Both the position numbers and the translations under genes were made by a program. A stretch of 64,000 nt of DNA from Candidatus Bathyarchaeota archaeon (GTDB taxonomy: Archaea > Thermoproteota > Bathyarchaeia > 40CM-2-53-6), in assembly GCA_963733055.1 (NCBI GenBank), contig CAVTBR010000001.1, positions 512,001 to 576,000 on the forward strand, written 5' to 3'. The stretch's first letter is position 1. Each line of letters begins with the position of its first letter. This document shows positions 49,918-59,768 of this stretch, piece after piece. The notes under the pieces are model-generated. The model made no database searches. It was given only the letters and a program-made list of their open reading frames with translations, and had not been told where the DNA came from.

Positions 49918-51162
49918 ATGTCAATTAGACTCGGCAAAATCATGGGGATACCGGTGCGTATCCACTACACTCTCTGGGTCGTTTTCCTTCTCATAGCGTG
50001 GTCCCTTGCATACGGCTACATGCCCCATCAATATCCCGGTCTCAGCGAATTGACCTACTGGACAATTGGCATCGCGTCGGCCATCGTCTTGTTCGTTTCC
50101 GTTTTGGTCCATGAGCTTTCGCACTCGTATATTGCAAAGAAGAACGGGCTGCCCATCGCTAGAATAACACTATTCTTCTTTGGAGGGGTTTCTGAGATGA
50201 CAGAGGAACCCAAGGATCCTGGGCTTGAGGTTCGCATGGCGGCTGCCGGGCCCTTGATGAGTTTCCTCATCGCTGGTGTTCTCGGTGCGGTTTGGTATTT
50301 GGGCCAAATGACTCATCTTCCCATTGTCATAACGGCCACGGTTGGATATGGCGCTTTGATCAACGCGGTACTGGGCGCGTTCAACCTGTTACCCGCCTTC
50401 CCGCTTGACGGAGGACGCATCTTCCGCGGGAGCCTCTGGAAACACTCGAACAACCTGATCAGTGCAACACGGACAGCGACGCGAGTAAGCGAAGCACTTT
50501 CGCTGCTCATGATGCTTGGTGGTTTCGTGGCGATAATTGTTGGGGATTTCGTTGACGGAATCTGGATTGTAGTTTTGGGTTGGTTCATCAGGTCTGGGGC
50601 GGAGACCAGTCTTAGGCAGACGCTTGTCGGTGAAACGCTCACCGGAGTAACTCTAGGGAACATAATGACAAAGAATGTCTTCACGGTGCCGCCGAACATT
50701 ACGGTTCAGCAAGTGGTTTCCGACTATTTCCTAGTTCACCCCCACGGTGGCTACCCCGTCGTTAGCGATGGACGGCTACTGGGCTTGATTACGTTGCAGA
50801 GCGTGCGCGCAGTTCCGAAAGAAGTGAGAGGCTCTCAGACCGTTGCGCAGGCTATGATACCCATCGAACGCACCGTGACCGCTCCACCTAACCTATCAGC
50901 TTTGGATGCAATACAGAAGATGGCACGGGAGAAGGTTGGTAGGCTTCTAGTTACAGAGAACGGACAGTTACTGGGCATAGTGACCCGAGGAGACCTAATG
51001 AAAACCATTCAGACCCGCCAAGAGCTCGAAAGATCAGAATGGAAACCACCCGTTCCACCTGCGGCGGATGCACCGAAACCACGTTACTGTATTCAATGCG
51101 GCGCATCACTTCCTAGTGGGACGAGCATCTGCCCTCACTGCAACGCCACCCAACCCCAATGA
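49918..51162 (+). CDS. M50 site-2 protease with CBS pair and C-terminal zinc ribbon
   Basis: HELSH, AAGP and NLLPAFPLDGG; two CBS domains; CIQCG..CPHC. Confidence 0.92.
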   Translation: MSIRLGKIMGIPVRIHYTLWVVFLLIAWSLAYGYMPHQYPGLSELTYWTIGIASAIVLFVSVLVHELSHSYIAKKNGLPIARITLFFFGGVSEMTEEPKDPGLEVRMAAAGPLMSFLIAGVLGAVWYLGQMTHLPIVITATVGYGALINAVLGAFNLLPAFPLDGGRIFRGSLWKHSNNLISATRTATRVSEALSLLMMLGGFVAIIVGDFVDGIWIVVLGWFIRSGAETSLRQTLVGETLTGVTLGNIMTKNVFTVPPNITVQQVVSDYFLVHPHGGYPVVSDGRLLGLITLQSVRAVPKEVRGSQTVAQAMIPIERTVTAPPNLSALDAIQKMAREKVGRLLVTENGQLLGIVTRGDLMKTIQTRQELERSEWKPPVPPAADAPKPRYCIQCGASLPSGTSICPHCNATQPQ

Positions 51163-51186
51163 CCTTTCCATAAACACGAATCGAGG

Positions 51187-51666
51187 CTAGTGCGGTTTGC
51201 CGGCCTTCTGAAGTCTCTCCTTGTGTCTCTCTTCACCCTCGTTCCATCTCCTTTTCTCCTCCTCAGTTTCCGGTACCAGTGCGGGGAGGACCATTGGTTT
51301 GCCGTCTTTCCCGAGACCGACGTAGGTCAGGAAACATGTGCCGGCGTGCCTCACCTCGGCAGTGAGCGGGTTTTCAGCCTCTACCCGAACTCCTAGCTCC
51401 ATTGAGGTTTTGTGAACGTAGTTGACTGAGGATTCGAAGCGAAGCATATCTCCGATGTAGGCGGGAGCTAGGAAGTCCATTCGATCTATCGAGGCGGTTA
51501 CGAGGTTACAGCGGGCGTGTTTAATTGCGGATAACCACGCGGTCTCCTCAATCAGACTGAGAATTCTTCCGCCAAACACGTTACCCATCGTGTTAGCATC
51601 CATCGGTAACATAATCCTCGTCACACTAACATACGAATCCCGCGGCGACTTACTCTGTTGACTCAT
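51187..51666 (-). CDS. Acyl-CoA thioesterase (hotdog fold)
   Basis: DAN..GNVFGG, VTAS.D..DF..P and TSMELGV motifs. Confidence 0.92.
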   Translation of the reverse strand: MSQQSKSPRDSYVSVTRIMLPMDANTMGNVFGGRILSLIEETAWLSAIKHARCNLVTASIDRMDFLAPAYIGDMLRFESSVNYVHKTSMELGVRVEAENPLTAEVRHAGTCFLTYVGLGKDGKPMVLPALVPETEEEKRRWNEGEERHKERLQKAGKPH

Positions 51667-51842
51667 AGCAACTCAACGAACATTACGGCCAGTTGAGCTG
51701 TAAGCCTTTGCGTCCCAGAGCACCTCTACCTTCCGACCCTGCACTGTCTTGGCGTTGACTTGAATCCTCTCTAAAGACACAAAGACGAGAAGATTGAAAG
51801 AGCTCGGACGAACCGAATTAGAGAGGTCAGGCAGTTTCCCCC

Positions 51843-53987
51843 ATGTCCCAAGAGAATTCTCGTGATTCACCAACGGAACTGATGCAGGTTAGAGGAAGGC
51901 CACGCCATCCAATTACCACCCTGAATTCTCTGATCCATTACCTCTGCGTCCTGATTCTGATCGCGATCTTGGTGAACCAAGCTCTTGTTGCCCCCGCTCT
52001 ATCAACTCAATCATCTGAATCAGAGACACGGTACGTGAAGCTCGGATTGGAAGCCGCCGACTGGATCGCGTCGTTTCAGATCACACCACTCAACGATTCT
52101 TGGGGAATACCATACAGAAACGAAAGCGCGTGGGGCCTGGACCCGTACTTCTTTGAGAACGGAACCATAACTGCTGGAGTCGGGAACATCGCAGGTGGAG
52201 AACGCCAAAAGTTAGCGTACCTAATCGGAGGGCATGACGCTGGCGAGGGAGCCAACGCCGCACTCGACGCTTACCTAGAAACAGGGAATCCGAAGTACTT
52301 GGAAATCTTCAACGTTTACTACGGTTACTTTCTAGGCTCCCAAATACCCGGGCCCAGGACCACAACCCCAGCTCGCGCCCTACTCGGCACTGGGAAGAAC
52401 ATCACAGTGAATAATTCTGGATTCTGGGCCGAGCAGGCGAGCGTCACCCCTGGGGTTAACGGCAATTACGGAAGTCAAACCGATGAGACAAAATTGCAAG
52501 CAATCTATCCCGCCGCTGAACACGGAAACCCGATCGCCATAACTCTCATTGCATATTACCGTTTCACGCACGACCAAACCGCGCTCACCATGCTCAACCG
52601 GTACGGGAGTTGGCTGGTAGGAACACAGATTCACAACGGAGCGTACGCCGGCGCTTTTCCTGTTACTCAATATTATTGGGCGGTAGGTTGGAAACCGAGA
52701 ATGTACGAAACAACTGAATCAGCCTGGGTTCTCGCGGAACTGTATCTGCTAACTGGAAACCAGACCTATCTCAACTCAGCTCAAGCTGCTGGTCAGTACA
52801 TGTTGTCAAGACAATTCATCGGCCCAGAGTGGGGGAATACACCGGTTTATGGTGCACTCCCGTACGAGTGGAATGAAACACATTACTCCAACTCTGTTTC
52901 CACGAACCACGCCGGCTTCACGATACTAGCCTGGACCCAGCTCTACCGCATTACTGGAGACTCAAGATACTTGGAAGCTGCTGAGAAATATGCTGATTGG
53001 CTTCTGAGTTTTCAGGTTACAGACACCAACACAATCTGGGGCAACCACACATTTGCAAATGATAGTATGGCAGTGGGCGGCTTCTTTTATGGGTACCAAA
53101 CGGCGAAACATCAGTTTGGCTGGCGAGTCGCCGAATCGTTATGGAGTGCGGGGTACGCGATACCGGCACTGCTAATGCTCTCAAGAATCGCGTCCAACAA
53201 TAGTTATGCAGGTTCAGCTTTGCTCGCGGCTGACTGGCTGTACCGAATGAGATACCCCGACAGCACCCTCATTCCGCTTCAAGCCTTAGCGATCATCAAG
53301 TATCCCCTCTCAAGCTGGTGGGGCCTCTACCCGCAATACTACCAACCAGATATGCGCGAGGTTGAGAAGGCGGGGATCGTATCCTTCGTCAACCAAGGCA
53401 AAATGAACCAGTCCTCAATTCGAGACCATCAACTCACATGGTTCGAAAAAACCTTCAACGTAGACTTCAACCAGATTGATTATGAAATGGCGAACCGCGG
53501 CCCGACAGCCATGAAGATGGCGTGGAGCTGGTGGCCAAACATAGGCTTCGAACCAAGGTACGGCGGCGACATAGCATTCGGAGCCTTCGCCATAGACAGC
53601 TATCTAACGTTCAACTCTACGTCTAATGAAACGGCGCGGATCCTTGAGCAAGTAGGCCAGCTGACCGGAAACGACACAACCACCTTCCCCCAGAATATCA
53701 CATATTCGTATAACCAAGCTACGGAACTCGCGACCCTCGCTCAAGAAAGCTTCAACCTTGGCTGGTACACGGTAGCGAAAGGACAGATCGACAACGCCCT
53801 ATCTTATGCCAACTCGGCTCTTAGTCAACTTCAACCACTCATACCCCTCAGACAGAACATCACAACGCTTCTGACCGTGCTTGCAGTCGCTGTGCTCGTT
53901 ATTCTGATCTCAAACCTGTATTGGCACAGGCGACTAACAAGAACGACCAAGCACAGACGCATCCGTCCCAAACAAAGACGCAAGTGA
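51843..53987 (+). CDS. Secreted, membrane-anchored (alpha/alpha)6-barrel-like protein
   Basis: Signal segment; repeated LY..TG...YL..A...A.WL...Q motifs; C-terminal TM plus basic tail; true start uncertain. Confidence 0.7.
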   Translation: MSQENSRDSPTELMQVRGRPRHPITTLNSLIHYLCVLILIAILVNQALVAPALSTQSSESETRYVKLGLEAADWIASFQITPLNDSWGIPYRNESAWGLDPYFFENGTITAGVGNIAGGERQKLAYLIGGHDAGEGANAALDAYLETGNPKYLEIFNVYYGYFLGSQIPGPRTTTPARALLGTGKNITVNNSGFWAEQASVTPGVNGNYGSQTDETKLQAIYPAAEHGNPIAITLIAYYRFTHDQTALTMLNRYGSWLVGTQIHNGAYAGAFPVTQYYWAVGWKPRMYETTESAWVLAELYLLTGNQTYLNSAQAAGQYMLSRQFIGPEWGNTPVYGALPYEWNETHYSNSVSTNHAGFTILAWTQLYRITGDSRYLEAAEKYADWLLSFQVTDTNTIWGNHTFANDSMAVGGFFYGYQTAKHQFGWRVAESLWSAGYAIPALLMLSRIASNNSYAGSALLAADWLYRMRYPDSTLIPLQALAIIKYPLSSWWGLYPQYYQPDMREVEKAGIVSFVNQGKMNQSSIRDHQLTWFEKTFNVDFNQIDYEMANRGPTAMKMAWSWWPNIGFEPRYGGDIAFGAFAIDSYLTFNSTSNETARILEQVGQLTGNDTTTFPQNITYSYNQATELATLAQESFNLGWYTVAKGQIDNALSYANSALSQLQPLIPLRQNITTLLTVLAVAVLVILISNLYWHRRLTRTTKHRRIRPKQRRK

Positions 53988-54055
53988 CACAAGCCGCTAG
54001 GCGTGGGCCAAAGTCTTTTCAACTCGAAACATAATTGAACTCTCCAGATTGGTCT

Positions 54056-54765
54056 ATGGTTAAAGTCTCAGAAGGCAATTCGTTTCTACTTCAGCTTTTG
54101 CGGCTGGCGGCTTCGTTCTAGGATACGCAACCAATAGCCTAGTTCTATCACAAACCCTTCCCCCCTCCGGACCTGTCGTCACCACACCCGACGACGCTTT
54201 GAACGCTCTAATGGCTGGAAACACGCGTTACGCGCAGGGTGCTCCAATTCATCCGAATCAATCTGCCGAACGGCAGGCCGAAGTTGCTCAGGGCCAACAT
54301 CCATGGGCCGCAATCCTTGGATGCATAGACTCTCGCGTGCCCCCCGAACTTGTCTTCGATCAGGGATTAGGGGACCTCTACGTCGCTCGAACCGCTGGCC
54401 AAGTGATCGATAACGTCGTCATAGGCAGTCTTGAGTACGCAGTCGAGCATGGAGCGAAGCTAATGATGGTATTGGGCCATCAAAGCTGCGGCGCCGTAAT
54501 TGCAACTATCGAAGTTCTTCAGAGCAATGGTCACGCGGATGGGCAGATCGAGACGCTAGTTGAAGCTATCAAACCAGCAGTGATGGAAGCTCAGTCGGAA
54601 TCGGGCGACCTGATTGACAATTCGATCCGGGCAAACGTTATGTTGGAAGCCGCATACCTCCAATCATCGAGTCAAATAATATCCCACGCCCTAGAGAACG
54701 GCGAAATCAAATTGGTTGGAGCGTATTACGACTTACACAACGGCACGGTAACCATCATAACCTAA
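54056..54765 (+). CDS. Beta-class carbonic anhydrase with twin-arginine signal (frameshift near 54069)
   Basis: CIDSR, RTAG and HQSCGA motifs; in-frame upstream RRQF + hydrophobic helix; ATG 54056 is one base out of frame. Confidence 0.85.
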
Positions 54766-55065
54766 CCGCTAACCTTCCAGCTGACCTAAGACTCTAAAAT
54801 CAAAAAACAGGTGAACGAACCGACATCGGGTCAGGCAGCCTTATGCTACCATTTCCTCTTGTCTAACGTTCTTGTCGTGCTCCTTACCTAAACTCATCTT
54901 AACTTTGCGTTTCTTCGCCATCTCAACTCACCTCCAACAAATCCTACTGAAAGAGGACTGCGTCTAACCGAGTATATAGCGTGGCTTGGAGAAGACGTCT
55001 CCGTCGGAGAAGGTTCCGCATTTCCACTTGAGCGACCAACTCCACCCTCCATGCGGGTATGGACG

Positions 55066-55344
55066 CTAAGCGGAGTGTCTATCCATGTAACGATCAGCAA
55101 CCCGCCTGGCTCTTTCATATGCACCAATCCAATCCCTCGGTCCTTTGGCACAGCCCATTCCAACGAGCTTTCCCCTCAAATCATCGCTCGAAATCGGATT
55201 GGTTTCAAATGCGAGAACCGCATAACAACGATTTGGCCGAGCAGCGAAAATATCAATCATAACATACTTGCTCGTCGCTCGTTTTTTCCAAAGGAAAGGC
55301 TTGCCATTAATCCCCTTGTCTACAACTCGCCATGCTCTTGTCAA
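55066..55344 (-). CDS. Hypothetical protein
   Basis: 92-aa ORF in an otherwise empty gap; no recognised motif. Confidence 0.35.
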   Translation of the reverse strand: MTRAWRVVDKGINGKPFLWKKRATSKYVMIDIFAARPNRCYAVLAFETNPISSDDLRGKLVGMGCAKGPRDWIGAYERARRVADRYMDRHSA

Positions 55345-55430
55345 AATTCAATCACAGCTTGTCAGGTGAGTCCAGGGTAGAGCGCTTGATAATGAACATG
55401 GAAGATAACCATCTTTGTACGCAGATTCTA

Positions 55431-56666
55431 TCAGGCGTCGGTGATTGGAGCCTCTCTCAGGTTAGGCTGAAGCTTCACAATCCTTAGACTGATGATCTCT
55501 GTTTTTCGGCTTGAGATGCTGTCGATCACTTGGTTGGTTGGATATGTGTCAATTTGAATGTGTGCCACCGCTGCGTTCGCCCCTTCGAAATTTACATTAT
55601 GAACTTCGTGTACGCTGATTTTTGATTCTCTAAGGTCCGTTAGAATTCTGGTAAGCACGCCGATTCTGTCGTAGTGGCGAATTATTAGTTCGTATAGTGC
55701 TGAAGTTCCCTGTGCGAAGTTCACGCAGTTCTCCACATCCCCAGTCCTTAGGTAGTGTTCGATTATTCGGATTGTTTCGTCCGCGGTTGCTCTTTGCGCT
55801 TGCATTGTTGAGGCTCCAATGTGGTGAGTCCCCACCCAGTTTGGTACGCCCGCCAACACGTCAACGAAATTCCCCTGCCCCTCCTTAGGTTCTGTTTCGA
55901 AGACATCAAGGCCGGCTCGGATTCGGCCGTTTTTGAGAGCTTCGGCCAATGCGACAGTATCGATGACGGCGCCCCTAGATGTGTTGACAATTATGGTTCC
56001 TTGCTTCATTCGCGCGATTAGTTTGGCTGAGATTAGGTGTTTCGTTTCGGGGGTGAGGGCGACGTGCAGGGAGATTATGTCGGATCTTTCTATGAGTTCA
56101 TCGATTGAGGATGCGCGGGTGATGCCGAGTTTAGCTGCTTTTTTGTCTGTGAGGCTTCGGGACCATGCGACCACGTGCATGTCAAAAGACTTGGCGCGTT
56201 TGATTACTTCACGCCCGATGGAACCCACCCCCACGACTCCGAAGACTCTTCTCTTGAGACCGTCTGCGTGCTGGAAGACGGACTTGTTCCATTTTCGTTC
56301 CTGCAAAGCCGCGTTCTGCTCGGGGATTCTTCGATCGACCGCAAGTAATAGGCCAAAGGTGAGTTCGGCCACCGCGGCCGCGTTCTTGTCAGGACAATTG
56401 GTTACGTAAACTCCCCTTGCCGAAGCCGCGGCCATATCGACATTTTCTGTCCCCGCTCCGGCCCTCACAATAAGTTCGAGGTCTTCTCCCGCTTCAATCG
56501 CCTGCGCTCGAACCCTCGTCCCTCTTACAACCAGAATCTTGACCCCTTTTATGCGATCCACCACCGAGTCCTCCGTCAAATCGGGGTCGTATTCAACCTC
56601 ACCCACAATCTTGCGCAATGTATCAACGTGTGATGGTGGGAGCGTATCAGCGATTAAGAGCTTCAA
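55431..56666 (-). CDS. serA: D-3-phosphoglycerate dehydrogenase-like protein with ACT domain
   Basis: RAGAG, N..AVAE, GVGSIG, NTSRG, LDVF and HIGAST motifs. Confidence 0.85.
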   Translation of the reverse strand: MKLLIADTLPPSHVDTLRKIVGEVEYDPDLTEDSVVDRIKGVKILVVRGTRVRAQAIEAGEDLELIVRAGAGTENVDMAAASARGVYVTNCPDKNAAAVAELTFGLLLAVDRRIPEQNAALQERKWNKSVFQHADGLKRRVFGVVGVGSIGREVIKRAKSFDMHVVAWSRSLTDKKAAKLGITRASSIDELIERSDIISLHVALTPETKHLISAKLIARMKQGTIIVNTSRGAVIDTVALAEALKNGRIRAGLDVFETEPKEGQGNFVDVLAGVPNWVGTHHIGASTMQAQRATADETIRIIEHYLRTGDVENCVNFAQGTSALYELIIRHYDRIGVLTRILTDLRESKISVHEVHNVNFEGANAAVAHIQIDTYPTNQVIDSISSRKTEIISLRIVKLQPNLREAPITDA

Positions 56667-56694
56667 ACCGAAGCCTCAGAAGAGTTCTCGTGTC

Positions 56695-57657
56695 CTAGTT
56701 ACTTAGTCCTTGCGACTTTGCGTCTTCGTGCCCTTTGGTCGGGGGCTTCCAAAAATCAAGTAAATATTCGAACGTTGTTCCCATAGTGATGTAGTTGGAC
56801 GGCCAACCAAATATTCCGACTTTGTTCACTATGTTCGTTCTGTCCCAAATGATCGTATTACGTAACTCGTAACCTACTTCGATAAGGGATCGGTAAATGT
56901 TGATGTGGATTGGAATCCTCTTTCCGTACCTCTCGTTTTTCCACCACATATCTGGAACATTGATAATAGCGTGGCCGCGCGGCTTTAGCAGAGGAAGAAG
57001 TTTTGCATAGATCTCCTTCACTTCTTCCGAATAGCGTTCGACCTCAAGCGTTCCTAGGTCTCTTGGATCTTGACTGTACTGCTCAACCTTTAGGAACTGC
57101 TTGTTTCGCCTAGAGTCGCCGCGTCTACTCTTGTTGAGTCGGGCTCGGTTTAGGAGGTTTGCGTAGGGGGGCGAGGTGAAAATTAGGCTAAATGATTCGG
57201 GTTCCAAATATCGCGAAATGCTTCTAGCGTCGTCACAGACCACTATCTGTTTTGTACCGCTGTCGAACTTGTTCTTAGCGAGGCGTTGCTCAGCTACGTG
57301 ACAGTATGCGGGAGATATGTCGAAACCGACACCGTTTCTTTCAAGGTCACCGCAGGCAACGAGAGTTGTCCCGATCCCATCGAACGGATCTAGAACCAAC
57401 TCCCCCCTATGCGTATACAGCTCGATGACCTTCCGAGCGAGACCGATTGGCATTACGGCCGGATGGATTTCTTTGTCTCGGACATCACGCCCTTCGTAGA
57501 AAACTTCCCAGACGCCTATCTGAGCCTTAATCCATTCCTTCGCTGTCATACAGTTGAGATGATTCTCAGGGCAGTTGCACAGCCTCCGACCCGAAACGTC
57601 GAGTTTCTTAGCAACCTGCACAGAACAACCCTTGCTGCATGACCCGAGTTCACTCAT
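56695..57657 (-). CDS. Orphan N4/N6 DNA methyltransferase
   Basis: HPA..P, VLDPFDGIGTT (motif I) and TSPPY (motif IV). Confidence 0.88.
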   Translation of the reverse strand: MSELGSCSKGCSVQVAKKLDVSGRRLCNCPENHLNCMTAKEWIKAQIGVWEVFYEGRDVRDKEIHPAVMPIGLARKVIELYTHRGELVLDPFDGIGTTLVACGDLERNGVGFDISPAYCHVAEQRLAKNKFDSGTKQIVVCDDARSISRYLEPESFSLIFTSPPYANLLNRARLNKSRRGDSRRNKQFLKVEQYSQDPRDLGTLEVERYSEEVKEIYAKLLPLLKPRGHAIINVPDMWWKNERYGKRIPIHINIYRSLIEVGYELRNTIIWDRTNIVNKVGIFGWPSNYITMGTTFEYLLDFWKPPTKGHEDAKSQGLSN

Positions 57658-57691
57658 ATTAATCTCGAAGATGAGATTACGAGTTGGGATT

Positions 57692-58018
57692 CTAATATCG
57701 TCGAGTCGCGGGGTCTATCTCGATTGCCCACTGATCGATGCCCCCTTTGAGGTTCTTCACTTTCTTGAACCCACGCTGACGAAGGAGGTTGACCACCCAT
57801 GCACTTCTTTCTCCAACGTGGCAGTAGAAAACGTACTCGTTCTCTGGGTTAAGATCGTTCACACCCCTCCAAAATTGGCTCAGGGGAATCAACGTGCTCC
57901 CTTCTATGTGGCAGAAATCGTATTCGTATTGTTCCCTCACGTCAACTAAGCGTATCTGGGTTTCGCTGTCGAGTAAGCGTTTGAGTTCTTTGACGGTAAT
58001 CTCAAACTCCTCTTCCAT
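57692..58018 (-). CDS. Rhodanese-domain protein
   Basis: DVRE..E, CHVGERS and LKGGIDQW...DP...RY; likely start ATG 58018. Confidence 0.9.
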   Translation of the reverse strand: MEEEFEITVKELKRLLDSETQIRLVDVREQYEYDFCHIEGSTLIPLSQFWRGVNDLNPENEYVFYCHVGERSAWVVNLLRQRGFKKVKNLKGGIDQWAIEIDPATRRY

Positions 58019-58040
58019 TCGGGTTTTCCTCTGCTGGTAC

Positions 58041-58340
58041 CTAGGCACCCGTCCATTGGAAGAACACTATATCATCGCCCTCGCTGAGGGCTTCGTCAAA
58101 GTTCCGTATTGGCGTAGGTAGCTTACCATTGATGCTCAGAGTGTACAGCCTTCTTATGGTGTCTTTTAGTCCCTCCCTCGTCCTCTTTCTGTAGGTTGAA
58201 CCGAATTCTTCTTCAAGTTTGTCGATGAGATCGCCTACAGTACTTCCGCTATTCAGACTAACAAGCGCAGATTTCCCCATTACCTCTCCTAGCGTCGACA
58301 CTCCGGTAACTCTGATATGAATGATCGAGGGGTTATCCAT
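58041..58340 (-). CDS. MoaD/ThiS/SAMP-like ubiquitin-fold protein ending in -TGA
   Basis: STVGDLI..L, ING and LSEGDDIVFF motifs. Confidence 0.8.
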   Translation of the reverse strand: MDNPSIIHIRVTGVSTLGEVMGKSALVSLNSGSTVGDLIDKLEEEFGSTYRKRTREGLKDTIRRLYTLSINGKLPTPIRNFDEALSEGDDIVFFQWTGA

Positions 58341-58451
58341 TGAACAAACCACCAAGTCCGCAATGAGTATCTACTCGGAGAACTGGCATTAGACATTTTT
58401 CTCGACTCGCATCCCAACGTACGAAACAAAGTAGTAACTATGCATTAGTTG

Positions 58452-58595
58452 TGGCGGGTCCGGAGGGATTTGAACCTTGCCGGCCACCTTGCTATGTTTT
58501 GTGGCTCTCGACCTTCGGGTATCCCCAAGTCGGTTAAGAGCTTCGGCCAAAGCTGAAATTTCGTCCGCCGCTCTACCTGGCTGAGCTACGGACCC
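58452..58595 (-). tRNA. tRNA-Lys(CTT) with three introns and encoded CCA
   Basis: GGGTCCG/CGGACCC acceptor stem, GCTC/GAGC D-stem, CTCTTAA loop, GGTTCAAATCC; removing 23+14+30 nt gives a 77-nt cloverleaf. Confidence 0.88.
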
Positions 58596-58670
58596 GCTGA
58601 AAGCCTGTGAAAGTTTGCTCGCGAATTAAAGTATTCTTGGCGACTAGTGACGGCGAGGACAAGTTGAGCC

Positions 58671-59493
58671 ATGGGGCAGTTAATCTTCATAGGTTTAGGA
58701 CTTTACGATGAACAAGGCCTCTCGTTGCGCGGTCAAGCAGAAGCGAGAGCGTGTGATCGAGTTTTCTTGGAACTCTACACCAGTGTCATGCCTGGGTTTA
58801 GAATTGAAGAGCTGGTAAGAGTTATCGGCAAACCCGTTGAAATTCTCTCCCGCGAGGACGTCGAGGAAAAAGCTGAAGAAAAGATCCTCTCTAAAGCCAA
58901 GGCGGAAAAGGTTGCGTTTCTCGTCTCCGGCGACCCGATGGTTGCCACAACTCACGTTGACTTACGCCTGCGGGCTCACAGGGCTGGGATTCAAACTCGA
59001 ATCATCCACGGAGCCTCGGTAGGTTCGGCGGCCAGCGGGGGTGACTGGTCTGCAGTCCTACAAGTTCGGCAGGACCATCACCGTCCCTGTCATGGCGGGG
59101 GAGGCTCTCCCTGAGAGCGTGCACGCGGCTCTCAGGGGGAATATGGAGGCAGGTTTACACTCCCTCGTACTTCTCGAGGTGAACGTTGAGACTAAACAGC
59201 ACGTTACAATTCCTAAAGCGCTCGAGGGGTTACTATCCCTCGCAGCCCACCACCACAACCACCACCCCACCCCCAACCCTGTCTTGAGTCCGGAAACGTT
59301 GGCTGTGGGCATAGCCAGGTTGGAAGCACCAGACATGATCGTTCACGCCTCAACCATCTCCGAACTGATGCGGTTTGATTTCGGCAAACCTCCGCACTGC
59401 CTCATCTTCCCAAGCACCCTACACTTCGTTGAAGCAGAAGCGCTACAGGTGTTCTGTGGCGCCCGAAAAGAGTTGGTGAATCAAGAACATTGA
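58671..59493 (+). CDS. dph5: Diphthine synthase (frameshift near the G-run at ~59040)
   Basis: FIGLGL, ELYTS, GDPMVATTH, GLQSYKFG and HSLVLL motifs. Confidence 0.92.
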
Positions 59494-59768
59494 GTTCAAT
59501 CAATGAGGATCCAGCTAGCAGGGCCCGTAGGTATATTGAGAATCTTACGGCGGAGTTCGAGAAAATCTCCACAACGAAGACCGCCACCCTCGCCACAACA
59601 GCGAACATTGACAGAGTCACCGATGCCGTTCGGCGGTACCTGCAAGACGCACGCCACTACCTAGGCCAAGGACGTGCGACCACTTCCCTCGCGTCAGTCG
59701 CTTACGCTGAAGGTTTGCTCGATGCGCTGAAATTTCTAGAGTTGACGCAACCTCGAATTGAGCAGTAA
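59490..59768 (+). CDS. DUF357 protein
   Basis: YLQDARHY...TSLASVAYAEGLLDA. Confidence 0.88.
   Translation: MSSINEDPASRARRYIENLTAEFEKISTTKTATLATTANIDRVTDAVRRYLQDARHYLGQGRATTSLASVAYAEGLLDALKFLELTQPRIEQ

Noticed and set aside
59036-59041. Programmed frameshifting or phase variation in dph5, psmB, nfi or lhr
   Set aside because: No shared slippery motif; the number and spread of shifts fit sequencing indels better.
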